A stretch of DNA of 59,946 nucleotides, the filler included. It is 3 parts of 3 records of this genome, joined end to end, with 100 filler letters (N's around TTAATTAATTAA, not from the genome) between each part and the next. Parts side by side here need not be neighbours in the genome. Positions count along the whole stretch, not along the records: positions 1 to 29,500 come from DRR723986_1307; 2 more parts are not named here. The stretch is one strand, 5' to 3'. The position numbers and the translations under genes are program-made. Below, piece by piece: positions 1-8,670 of the stretch. Under the pieces are notes generated by a model that did no database searches, was not told where the DNA came from, and saw nothing but the letters and a program-made list of their open reading frames with translations. Every line of letters starts with the position of its first letter. Position 1 is the stretch's first letter.

Positions 1-1
1 T

Positions 2-256
2 GGCAAGATGGACAAATGTACCTTCTGCGCCGGTGGCCCCGAAGAGAACCACTCAACAGCCGAGTTTGCCAAATATGGCCGCAATCGTCTGGCCGAAGGC
101 AAACTGCCGATCTGTGCCGAGATGTGTTCGACCAAGGCCTTGCTCGCGGGTGATGGGGATCAAGTGTCCCAGATCTACCGCGAACGCGTGGTTGCACGTG
201 GGTTCGGATCTGGCGCTTGGGGTTGGGGCACCGCCTACCAGCTCAAGGGTGAATGA
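2..256 (+). CDS. fdhB: Formate dehydrogenase iron-sulfur (beta) subunit, C-terminal part (5' end outside window)
   Basis: KMDKCTFCAGG...LPICAEMCSTKAL ferredoxin-type cysteine motifs; directly upstream of an FDH gamma subunit. Confidence 0.9.
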   Translation, partial: GKMDKCTFCAGGPEENHSTAEFAKYGRNRLAEGKLPICAEMCSTKALLAGDGDQVSQIYRERVVARGFGSGAWGWGTAYQLKGE

Positions 257-272
257 TACAATTCGACCCTGA

Positions 273-300
273 CAGGACGGCCCTGAATTGGGCCGTCCTG
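273..300 (+). other. Intercistronic stem-loop between fdhB and fdhC
   Basis: CAGGACGGCCC-TGAATT-GGGCCGTCCTG, perfect 11-bp stem. Confidence 0.6.
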
Positions 301-330
301 CATTCTAATTTTTGCCAAGGAGGAGCGACC

Positions 331-1530
331 ATGCTGCGCATGGCACTCGCACTTGTTCTGACGCTTGCACTGGCATCTTTTGCGCAGGCTCAGGAAAAAC
401 CTGCGGACATTGATCGGTCATCGACCGGCGGTGCGCAGACGCTTGAGGATATTCTGAACCGGCAAGCGGGGCAGAAGGTTGATGATGCGTTCCGCCGTGA
501 TGCGGTTGGGTCGGCGGACAATGCGGCCGGGATCGCTTCGCAACTGGGCACGCTTGGGGGTGTTTCAGATCCGGAGATGTGGCGAGCGTTGCGCTATGGT
601 TCGGCTGACTTGAAGGTTTCGGCCGGCGGAGAGGTGGCAACTGTCGTGATGCAGGACGGAGGCATGACATGGCTTGAGTTCCGGCGCGGGCCGCTGCGAA
701 CCTATGGCGGATGGTTGTTGCTGGGGACGCTGGCGGCGTTGGCTGTGTTCTATCTGTTGCGCGGCAAAGTTCGGACTGATGCGCCGAACACGGGGCGTTT
801 GGTCGTTCGTTTCAAGGCCATTGAACGTTTTGGTCATTGGCTATTGGCGGGGTCTTTCATCTTGCTGGGGGTCACTGGCCTTGCGGTTCTGTTTGGTCGC
901 GTTGTCCTTGCCCCTGCGTTGGGCAAAGACGTGAACGCGACGCTTTTGGTTTGGTCAAAGCTGATCCATAACAACGTGGCTTGGGCGTTTATTCTGGGCC
1001 TTGTGATGGTATTCGTCATGTGGGTCGCGAACAACATTCCAAGCCGGCTTGATCTTGTGTGGTTCCGACAGTTTGGCGGTATCATCGGGAATGCACACCC
1101 ACCAGCAAAGAAGTTCAACGCAGGCCAAAAAATTATTTTCTGGTCCGTCATACTGTTTGGGACTTCGATTGCGTTGACAGGCGTATCGTTGCTGTTCCCC
1201 TTTGAGATGCCATTGTTTGCCAAATCGTTCTCGGTTTTGAACGCAACCGGTCTGCCACAGTTGGTTGGGCTGGGAGAGTTGCCGGTTGTGCTTGCACCGC
1301 AAGAAGAGATGCAACTGGCACAAGTCTGGCACACGTTGCTTGCCTTTGTTCTGATGGCGATAATCCTCGCGCACATCTATATCGGATCGGTCGGCATGGA
1401 AGGTGCTTATGATGCGATGGGATCTGGCGAAGTGGACGAAGCATGGGCTGAACAACACCACTCGCTCTGGTTAGAGGAAGTTTTGGAGAGCCAAAGCTCT
1501 GACACAAAAAGCGGAACGGCCGCCGAGTGA
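331..1530 (+). CDS. fdhC: Formate dehydrogenase gamma subunit (cytochrome b556-type) with long N-terminal periplasmic extension
   Basis: ATG 331 after AGGAGG; signal peptide; RF..IERFGHW, KLIHN, KKFNAGQKIIFW and AHIYIG heme-b motifs. Confidence 0.9.
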   Translation: MLRMALALVLTLALASFAQAQEKPADIDRSSTGGAQTLEDILNRQAGQKVDDAFRRDAVGSADNAAGIASQLGTLGGVSDPEMWRALRYGSADLKVSAGGEVATVVMQDGGMTWLEFRRGPLRTYGGWLLLGTLAALAVFYLLRGKVRTDAPNTGRLVVRFKAIERFGHWLLAGSFILLGVTGLAVLFGRVVLAPALGKDVNATLLVWSKLIHNNVAWAFILGLVMVFVMWVANNIPSRLDLVWFRQFGGIIGNAHPPAKKFNAGQKIIFWSVILFGTSIALTGVSLLFPFEMPLFAKSFSVLNATGLPQLVGLGELPVVLAPQEEMQLAQVWHTLLAFVLMAIILAHIYIGSVGMEGAYDAMGSGEVDEAWAEQHHSLWLEEVLESQSSDTKSGTAAE

Positions 1531-1540
1531 TTTCCATCTC

Positions 1541-1570
1541 CATGGCCCGTCTGTTACCCTGCGGGCCATG
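1541..1570 (+). other. Stem-loop after fdhC
   Basis: CATGGCCCG...CGGGCCATG inverted repeat. Confidence 0.5.
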
Positions 1571-1597
1571 CATTCTATTCGAACTGGAGAAATTGGT

Positions 1598-1723
1598 ATG
1601 AAAGCCATGATGACAGGATTTGCCGGGGTCGTTCTGGTGGCGGTTTGCGCAAATCTGGTGCTGAGCAATCTTGGGTTTGCTTCGCAGGATGTACATTCGG
1701 GCGCGTCGGTTCGGCTGGATTGA
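1598..1723 (+). CDS. Small 41-aa membrane/exported protein (below ORF-track cut-off)
   Basis: GGAGA RBS; MKAMMTGFAGVVLVAVCANLVLSNLGFASQDVHSGASVRLD*; fills the fdhC-regulator gap and ends 5 nt before the next ATG. Confidence 0.6.
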   Translation: MKAMMTGFAGVVLVAVCANLVLSNLGFASQDVHSGASVRLD

Positions 1724-1728
1724 GAGCG

Positions 1729-3075
1729 ATGTCATCGTACAAGCAGGATGAGTATGGCGAAAGTCTTGCGGATGCATCGATTCTTGTGATCGATGACGAA
1801 CCTGGGATGCGCAATTTCCTGACCAAGATTTTGTCACCACGGTGTAAGCGAGTTGAACAAGCCGGGTCTGCTGCCGAGGCATCGGCGATCCTTGATAAGC
1901 ATCACTTTGACCTTGTGGTTCTGGACAATATCATGCCGGGCAAGACTGGGCTGGACTGGTTGCGCGAACAGGGCAAAGTCGGCCTGTTTTCGGATGCGAT
2001 TTTGATCACCGCCTATGCGGATTTGGAAACGGCCATCGAAGCCTTGCGCATGGGCGTTGTGGATTTCGTTCTGAAACCGTTTCGAGCAAACCAAATCCTG
2101 AACGCGGTTGCCCGGGCCTTGGACCGCAAGATACTGCGCCGGGATAACTCGCTTCTTAAACACGCGCTTTTGTCCGAAGAGAGTTCGGCGCGGGGGCGCC
2201 TGTTGGGGAATTCTACGCCAATTGAACAGGTGCGCGAAATGCTGGCGCGTCTTGCACCTTTGCCAACACCTGTTTTGTTTCTTGGCAAAACCGGAACCGG
2301 AAAAGAGGTTGCCGCACGGACACTGCATGCGATATCAGATCGGGCTGAAAAGCCGTTTGTGGCGGTGAACTGCGCTGCGATTTCGCCCAAGCATTGTACC
2401 GAAGAACTGTTTGGGATGATCGACGAAAACGGGCGCAGCCGGGATGGGTTGTTTCTGTTGGCAGATGGGGGCGTTTTGTTTCTGGACGAAGTCGCACAAA
2501 TGCCAGAGCAGACCCAAGTGGCCTTGCTGCGCGTATTAGAGGATCAACGCATTCGTCCGGTCGGGGCAGAGCGGGACATCCCGCTGAACTTACGGATTTT
2601 CTTTGCCACCAACGTGGATCTGGATCAGGCAGTCGCAGATGGTAGATTTCGATCTGATCTGTATCACCGGATCAACGTGGTCAGCATCGACATGCCGGAC
2701 CTCAAAGATCGGTCTGACGATATCGTTGAACTAGCTGCGTTGTTTATGGACCAGATGTCAAAGACGCTTGCGTTGCCGGGATTAGAGCTGGACGAAGAAA
2801 CCCTACTGAAGCTGTGTCGTTATGACTGGCCGGGAAATGTGCGAGAGCTGCGAAATACGATAGAACGTTCGGTGATCTTGGGTGAGTTCTCGGAAGAGTT
2901 CGCTGGAGCCGGACAAGTCACTGGGATGCAGGCGATTGAATCGCTGGATCTGGTGACGCAACGCCACATCATGCAGGTGTTGGACGCTTGTGGTGGCAAT
3001 CGCGCCGAGGCCTCGCGCAGGCTTGGTGTGTCGCGCAAAACCATTGATCGGAAATGCGCCTCTTGGGGGATGTAG
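1729..3075 (+). CDS. NtrC-family response regulator (REC-AAA+-Fis HTH), lacking GAFTGA
   Basis: ILVIDDE..LDNIMPG receiver; GKTGTGKE Walker A; LFLDEV Walker B; WPGNVRELRN; GNRAEASRRLGVSRKTIDRK HTH. Confidence 0.9.
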   Translation: MSSYKQDEYGESLADASILVIDDEPGMRNFLTKILSPRCKRVEQAGSAAEASAILDKHHFDLVVLDNIMPGKTGLDWLREQGKVGLFSDAILITAYADLETAIEALRMGVVDFVLKPFRANQILNAVARALDRKILRRDNSLLKHALLSEESSARGRLLGNSTPIEQVREMLARLAPLPTPVLFLGKTGTGKEVAARTLHAISDRAEKPFVAVNCAAISPKHCTEELFGMIDENGRSRDGLFLLADGGVLFLDEVAQMPEQTQVALLRVLEDQRIRPVGAERDIPLNLRIFFATNVDLDQAVADGRFRSDLYHRINVVSIDMPDLKDRSDDIVELAALFMDQMSKTLALPGLELDEETLLKLCRYDWPGNVRELRNTIERSVILGEFSEEFAGAGQVTGMQAIESLDLVTQRHIMQVLDACGGNRAEASRRLGVSRKTIDRKCASWGM

Positions 3076-3101
3076 GGGCGTTCTCTGGTCGCCCCTATTT
3101 T
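3073..3101 (+). terminator. Rho-independent terminator
   Basis: TAGGGGCG-loop-CGCCCCTA followed by TTTT, between convergent genes. Confidence 0.65.
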
Positions 3102-3113
3102 GACGCACCCTGT

Positions 3114-3572
3114 TCAACTCACCCGGTCAGGTAAGCCTTTGCCGTTGTTCCACCAACGGTTCGGGTTGTTGCTTTGCGGATCATAGGCCGCGCGGCTCGC
3201 CCAGTCCTCTCTGATGAAAATCACGGGTTCTTCGTAGTGATGTACATAGATTATTGCGTCCATGACTTTGGAAAGAACGTCTAGATCTCGTTCGATGGAT
3301 ATTTTCAACTCAACCATCGGATAGGTTTCGGTTGATCCTGCTTCGAACCCTGCGACATGAGTCGTCGTTGTTGAATTCGGCTCTGGTTGCGTTGTTTCTG
3401 AGCCAATCGCCGAAACACTGGCATTGCGTTGATACCTGCCAAAGCTGAGCGGATGGACGGTCATGACAGCATCAAGGATGCGGTCCGTGTCTTCTATCAA
3501 GGTCTGCACCTCAATTGTCCAAACTGGTACGAGCCGTCCGGACTTGGCTTTGTATGCCATGAGATTGTTCAT
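3114..3572 (-). CDS. Hypothetical protein, YqfO/NIF3-insert (PII-like) type; paralog of 4461-4928
   Basis: GRY, HHYEEPVI (HPYEEP-like) and NPNRWWN motifs. Confidence 0.7.
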   Translation of the reverse strand: MNNLMAYKAKSGRLVPVWTIEVQTLIEDTDRILDAVMTVHPLSFGRYQRNASVSAIGSETTQPEPNSTTTTHVAGFEAGSTETYPMVELKISIERDLDVLSKVMDAIIYVHHYEEPVIFIREDWASRAAYDPQSNNPNRWWNNGKGLPDRVS

Positions 3573-3612
3573 TTGAAATTCTCCATTTTGAAACAGATGT
3601 GTTCGTTGGGGG

Positions 3613-4464
3613 TTATCTTTGACCCTTTGCCGCCAATAGGACGGCGACCAACACCAACATCCCCCCGGCTAAGGTACGCGTGTGTGGAATTTCCGAGAGA
3701 AGGAGAAAGGCCAGAACTGGGGCCAGCGGAACTTCTAGCGTGCTGAGCAGCGCCGTCTGGCCAGAAGGGAGGCGTTTTGCGCCTTCGGCTAGGGTGACTG
3801 AGGCTATGGCAAAGACGAGGCCAAACGCGCTGAGTATCAGGATTTCGTGCATCGGAATTCCGAACGGGTCCCCAAATTTGAGCGCAACAGGCACGAGCAA
3901 TAAGGAAGACAGCGCAGCGGGACCGGCGCCTGGCGTTGTTGGGTACCTCCGATAGATCACCATCAAGACCGCCATTGCGATTGCCATGCCAAGGGCCAGC
4001 AGATCGCCGCGCAGATTTATCTGTCCGAGGGATCCTGACACGATGATCGTTACCCCAACAAGTGCGAGCAGCGAACCGGTAATGACGGCTTTCGATGTCT
4101 TCTCGCCAATCCAGAACCAGGCCAAGAGCGCGGCCAGCATTGGGGCGACTGCATAGATCAAAGAAACATTGGCGATTGTGGTCAGTTTGAACGCTGCGAT
4201 GAAAGCGGAAGTGCCAAGCGCGCCCACAATGGCGACTGCGACACCACTGATCCCCATTTTGGGAAAGTTGTCCCAAAGCTGCCCGCGATGCCAAACCCAG
4301 ATAGTCGTAAACCCGGCCGAGAATACGCCGCGCCAAAAAATGATGTCCCAAGGTGCGGCTTGCACCCCCTTGGCAAACAACCCGGCGGTGCTGAAAGTAA
4401 TCGCGGACATCACAACGAGCATAAGACCAAGCCCGTTTTGAGACTTTGGGAGCTGTGCGATCAT
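3613..4464 (-). CDS. DMT/EamA-family transporter
   Basis: About 10 hydrophobic segments in two EamA-like repeats; ATG overlaps the upstream stop (ATGA). Confidence 0.85.
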   Translation of the reverse strand: MIAQLPKSQNGLGLMLVVMSAITFSTAGLFAKGVQAAPWDIIFWRGVFSAGFTTIWVWHRGQLWDNFPKMGISGVAVAIVGALGTSAFIAAFKLTTIANVSLIYAVAPMLAALLAWFWIGEKTSKAVITGSLLALVGVTIIVSGSLGQINLRGDLLALGMAIAMAVLMVIYRRYPTTPGAGPAALSSLLLVPVALKFGDPFGIPMHEILILSAFGLVFAIASVTLAEGAKRLPSGQTALLSTLEVPLAPVLAFLLLSEIPHTRTLAGGMLVLVAVLLAAKGQR

Positions 4465-4928
4465 GCTTTGTCCGCCGCGCGCGCAATTGCAGTACCGTGG
4501 ATTTTCTGCGCATCGGGGCGGTTCCAATACTTGTTTGGATTGCCGGTGTCGCCTGTGTATCTGGACCGCGTGGCCCAGCATTCAGTGATGCGAATGGTCG
4601 GGTCTTCGTGGACGTGATTTTCAAGGATGATCGCGAGGGTCTGTTCAAGAAGCCGCCTGTCTGGTGCAATGGAAACTGTGATGTCCACCACCGGCACGGA
4701 TTGTATCGTATGTTCGGCCCCAGCGTGCGATCCTGCCAAGGCGCGAAACTGTTGCTCGCCTGGAGGCGAGACATGGAGGCAGCATTCATAATGACCTTGC
4801 TTTAGGTCCACGCTCTGACGCAGTGCATCAAGCAAAATGTCGTGCCCAAGTGTGGGCGTTTGGATCGTTATGACCCATTCCTTTTTCAGAAGCGCATCTT
4901 TCAAATTGATCTCAGCCAGAGCAGTCAT
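4461..4928 (-). CDS. Hypothetical protein, YqfO/NIF3-insert type; paralog of 3114-3572
   Basis: GHYECC, GEQQFRAL, HVHEDPTI and NPNKYWN motifs. Confidence 0.7.
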   Translation of the reverse strand: MTALAEINLKDALLKKEWVITIQTPTLGHDILLDALRQSVDLKQGHYECCLHVSPPGEQQFRALAGSHAGAEHTIQSVPVVDITVSIAPDRRLLEQTLAIILENHVHEDPTIRITECWATRSRYTGDTGNPNKYWNRPDAQKIHGTAIARAADKA

Positions 4929-4973
4929 TTGCAGTCCCTTATGTGTGCCCTTCTGGTTTATCGGTTGACCAGT

Positions 4974-5007
4974 CATGCATGTTTCGGATATTTCCGAAGT
5001 ATGCATG
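4974..5007. promoter_or_regulatory. Palindromic operator overlapping the ArsR start codon
   Basis: CATGCATgtTTCGGA-tatt-TCCGAAgtATGCATG, 13 of 15 positions symmetric, in a 72-bp divergent gap. Confidence 0.6.
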
Positions 5008-5708
5008 ATGAACCTTCCATGTCGCGTGTGGGGGCTTTGATAGGCTCACCGGCACGCGCTTTGATGTTAACGGAATTGTTCGATGGCCGTGCCTTGACAG
5101 CCACCGAACTTGCCGGTGTTGCGAGCGTTTCACCTGCAACTGCAAGTGAACACTTGAGCCTTTTGTTGTCGGGTGGGTTGGTGACGCGGGAAAAGAGTGG
5201 GCGGCACAATTATTACCGCCTTGCGTCTCCGGAAATCGCAAGCGCACTTGAACAGCTTGCCGTGCAAACCGCGAATATCACCCCTGCTGCAAAAACCACC
5301 CGAACAGTCCGGAAGCCAATTCAAAATGCCCGGATGTGTTATGATCACATCGCTGGGCATTTGGGCGTTTCGATTGCAGATGCTCTGGTGGAAAAGGGAG
5401 CCTTGGTTGCGTTGGACACGGATTATGAGCTGACCGCGAAAGGTACAGCGTTGTTTGCTGATCTGGGGATAAACCCTGCTGAATTGAAGCGAACGAAACG
5501 CGTGTTTGCGCGACAATGCTTGGATTGGAGCGAGCGCCGTCATCATGTCTCGGGCGCTGTTGGGGCTGCTCTTGCAGATCTGGCATTCGACCGGGGCTGG
5601 ATTGCCCGTGCGGCAGAACGCCGGGTCTTGATTGTGACACCGTTTGGGCAACGGGAAATGAAGGCCCTCCTTGGCGTCAATTTTGATCAGAGAGGACGAG
5701 CGGTTTAG
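5001..5708 (+). CDS. ArsR/SmtB-family regulator (YdfF-like, with second C-terminal domain)
   Basis: PARALML..ATELA..SPATASEHL..GRHNYYRL wHTH; ARMCYDHIAG and CLDWSERRHH motifs. Confidence 0.85.
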   Translation: MHDEPSMSRVGALIGSPARALMLTELFDGRALTATELAGVASVSPATASEHLSLLLSGGLVTREKSGRHNYYRLASPEIASALEQLAVQTANITPAAKTTRTVRKPIQNARMCYDHIAGHLGVSIADALVEKGALVALDTDYELTAKGTALFADLGINPAELKRTKRVFARQCLDWSERRHHVSGAVGAALADLAFDRGWIARAAERRVLIVTPFGQREMKALLGVNFDQRGRAV

Positions 5709-5748
5709 AAACCGGTTTTCAGTACTGCACCTCCAATTGATGCACGGT

Positions 5749-7698
5749 TCATGTGCCTGTGACTGCGGGGACCCAAATCGTGAAAATTGCCCCTCCTGTT
5801 GGTTGATTTCGGGCTGAAATACGCCCTCCGGTTTGCTGGATCAGAGTTTGACTTATGGAGAGCCCTAACCCAGTGCCTTCGCCCAGTTTGGTGGTATGAA
5901 AGGGGTCGAATACCCGTTTCATATGCTCTGCATCTATGCCGGGTCCCGTATCAGAAACAGACAGTTCCACGCCATCACGCTCATTCCTAGGCGATGGTTT
6001 GACCCTGATGTCCAGCTGACCGTTCCCCTCCATGGCTTGAATGGCATTGACCATCAGATTGACAAGGACCTGCTGCATCTCCCCAGTATCTATCGCAACA
6101 TTTGGTGCCGCATCAAATTGAGTGGAAATTTGCACGTTCTGTTGGGGATGCACGTGGGTGATTAGGCTTTTGCAGTCGTCGATCAACATTTCCAGCGATG
6201 TGCCTTCGCTGGAGGCCGAAAATTCAGTTGGGCGGGCAAATTGCAATAGCTTTCCAACGATCCCGTCAATGCGCTGTACCTGCTTATCGATCAGGGTCAA
6301 TTCGGTTTCCACGCCGGCGGCGTCCGGTCCCAGGGTCTGGCGCACGACGTCGACATTGCCCTGAATGACCGCAACTGGATTGTTGATTTCATGGGCAACC
6401 CCTGCAGTAATTTCCCCGATCGAGGCGAGCTTTTCAGAGAGCACCAATTGCTGGAATGTCTCTTCCAGCTTTTCATTGGCATCGCGAAGCTCTGAGGTGC
6501 GCCGATCAACGCGATCATTCAGCTCTTCTGCCCAACTGCGTAGAGCCTGATCCCGTTCTTGGACCTGATCAAGTAATGTATCTAGATGGGTTGCGACTTG
6601 GCTGATTTCATCCTTGGATCCGACGCTGCCGTTGCGCGCTGACAGATCCCCGTTCTCCACACGGCTCATGGTTTTGGTCATACGTTCTAGCGGCGAAAAA
6701 ATCCCGCGGGCCATCCTAAGGAAAAGCGGAATAGACAAGGCAAGTACGATGACCATGGCGGCGAGCATGGTTAGGTAAGCAGATTTTTTTGCGTTGGCAA
6801 ATGGCGCCTCTAAGAAGCCAACATACAGCATCCCAACTCGGTTTCCGAAACTATCAATGAGCGGCAGATAGCCCGAAATGTACCAATCGTTCACGACAAA
6901 GGCGCGGTCCAGCCAGGTTCGGCCCTGATCCAAAACGGCGGCTCGGACTTCGGCAGAAACGCGGGTTCCCAACGCGCGCACGTCTTCAAACAGGCGCACG
7001 TTGGTCGAAACACGAACGTCTTCGAGAAACAAGGTTGCGGTGCCCTGCCTTTCCCCGCCCGTCGCCGCATTGAGGTACACCAGCGCGTTGATGGTATCGA
7101 TGAAATCAAGATTCCTGTTCAGCAAGATCCCCCCGATCAGGACACCTTGATGCCCTAGCAGGTCAACGGGGGCCGCGGTATGGACCACCATGCCGCGATC
7201 CTCGACCACACGATCGGTGGGCACTGCGGCTTCGGTGTCGATCAGATCCACCCGCGCACGTTTAGCCAAGTCAGGGAAGTTGGCTATGGTATCGGCCGGG
7301 AAGATGTCAATTTGCGACGACAGCTCGCCCCCAAGCGCGGCCTGAACCACTGGCCAACGTTGGGCTTTGCCTGTCTGTGTCGCGGGAAGATAATATAGAA
7401 AGTCGAGCGCCTGCTGAACGCGTTGCTGTTCTAGGTATGCGGCTCTCGTCTCCGCTGGCCCGGTCAAGGCAAATTGGAAATGGCGGGAATCTGCAATGGC
7501 AGCGATACCTGCCCCTGTCCCGGCCAAAATGCGGCCCAGATATTGTTCGGCAATGCGTAAATCACTGTCGACTTTGGCAATCAAGAGCTCGTCGTAATCG
7601 GATGTCCAGCGGGTCATTGCCAGCAACATCAACAAGGGCAGTAAAACCACAAGAGGCGCCAGTGCGAGCACCAACAGTTTCAGGCGTACTGAATTCAA
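5749..7698 (-). CDS. Membrane sensor histidine kinase (Cache-HAMP-HisKA-HATPase), probable partner of the 1729-3075 regulator
   Basis: TTG start after GAGGGGG; two TM segments; AGVAHEINNP H-box; NLMVNAIQA; DTGPGI; GTGLGLSI. Confidence 0.85.
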   Translation of the reverse strand: MNSVRLKLLVLALAPLVVLLPLLMLLAMTRWTSDYDELLIAKVDSDLRIAEQYLGRILAGTGAGIAAIADSRHFQFALTGPAETRAAYLEQQRVQQALDFLYYLPATQTGKAQRWPVVQAALGGELSSQIDIFPADTIANFPDLAKRARVDLIDTEAAVPTDRVVEDRGMVVHTAAPVDLLGHQGVLIGGILLNRNLDFIDTINALVYLNAATGGERQGTATLFLEDVRVSTNVRLFEDVRALGTRVSAEVRAAVLDQGRTWLDRAFVVNDWYISGYLPLIDSFGNRVGMLYVGFLEAPFANAKKSAYLTMLAAMVIVLALSIPLFLRMARGIFSPLERMTKTMSRVENGDLSARNGSVGSKDEISQVATHLDTLLDQVQERDQALRSWAEELNDRVDRRTSELRDANEKLEETFQQLVLSEKLASIGEITAGVAHEINNPVAVIQGNVDVVRQTLGPDAAGVETELTLIDKQVQRIDGIVGKLLQFARPTEFSASSEGTSLEMLIDDCKSLITHVHPQQNVQISTQFDAAPNVAIDTGEMQQVLVNLMVNAIQAMEGNGQLDIRVKPSPRNERDGVELSVSDTGPGIDAEHMKRVFDPFHTTKLGEGTGLGLSISQTLIQQTGGRISARNQPTGGAIFTIWVPAVTGT

Positions 7699-7830
7699 TG
7701 TTCCCCCCTCGGCGCTGGTATCAACAAAACGAATGTGTTTTCGTAGCTTACCAGACAGAAATACCTGTACCAGAACCTTCTGATTGTAGGCCGTGTTCCG
7801 GGGTCGATCTGCCCGAAAGCAGAGGAAGAT

Positions 7831-7856
7831 CGGACAAAATGGCGGACAAAATGTCC
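7831..7856. promoter_or_regulatory. Candidate regulator binding site in the kinase/tup divergent region
   Basis: Tandem CGGACAAAATG x2; the second copy extends to palindrome GGACA-AAA-TGTCC. Confidence 0.4.
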
Positions 7857-7965
7857 TCATTTCCCGATTGAGGGTTGAATTTGGTTTTTCTGGTGCGCGG
7901 GCTGTGATTGAGCTGTGTTGAACAACATCGGAACCGACACGCCGTGTCAAAGCCCGGGGGAAGGC

Positions 7966-8670
7966 ATGTTTGAAATATGGGACGGCCTTACTCAGGCTTT
8001 TTGGCTCGTGGTAACGCTGGATGCGGATCTTGTTGAAATCACGGTACGGTCTTTGCATGTCACCTTGACGGCCTTGGTGATTGCTTCGCTTTTTGCCTTG
8101 CCGTTGGGCGCGCTTTTGGCCGTGCGCAGGTTTCGCGCACGGCGGATTACCATTGCGGTGCTCAATGCACTCATGGGGTTGCCGCCGGTTGTTGTTGGCC
8201 TGATTGTGTATGTTATGTTGAGCAGATCCGGACCGTTTGGCGTTATGGGGCTGCTGTTCACGCCAACTGCGATGATCATAGCGCAGGTGATAATCATCCT
8301 GCCACTCATCGCGTCGATTGCGCATCAATCCTTGCGTGAACTCTGGTCAGATTACCACGATCTGCTGATTTCTATGAACACCACGCAACGGCAACGCATT
8401 GCAGCCCTGTTGTGGGATGGGCGTCGGGCGTTGATGACCGCCTCGTTGGCTGGGTTTGGACGCGCCATTGGTGAAGTGGGAGCGATTATGATCGTAGGAG
8501 GCAACATTGACCATCATACGCGCGTATTGACCACGGCCATTGCGCTTGAAACCGGTAAGGGGGATTTTGCATTGGCGCTTGGGCTTGGTTTTGTCCTGAT
8601 CTTTCTGGCGATTGCCGTGAACCTTGCGATTCATGTCATCGGTCGAACAGAACAGGAGGGCAGATGGTGA
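7966..8670 (+). CDS. tupB: Tungstate ABC transporter permease
   Basis: NALMGLPPVVVGL..LSRSGP; GFGRAIGEVGAIMIVGGNI..TRVLTTAIALET. Confidence 0.85.
   Translation: MFEIWDGLTQAFWLVVTLDADLVEITVRSLHVTLTALVIASLFALPLGALLAVRRFRARRITIAVLNALMGLPPVVVGLIVYVMLSRSGPFGVMGLLFTPTAMIIAQVIIILPLIASIAHQSLRELWSDYHDLLISMNTTQRQRIAALLWDGRRALMTASLAGFGRAIGEVGAIMIVGGNIDHHTRVLTTAIALETGKGDFALALGLGFVLIFLAIAVNLAIHVIGRTEQEGRW

Noticed and set aside
3569-4789. 406-aa ORF and other long overlapping ORFs (1148-1882, 46495-47118, 58202-58828)
   Set aside because: Shadow frames of well-supported genes, with no recognisable motifs
7699-8328. N-terminal extension making the kinase 859 aa
   Set aside because: Antisense to tupB; an RBS and TTG at 7698 give a normal kinase start
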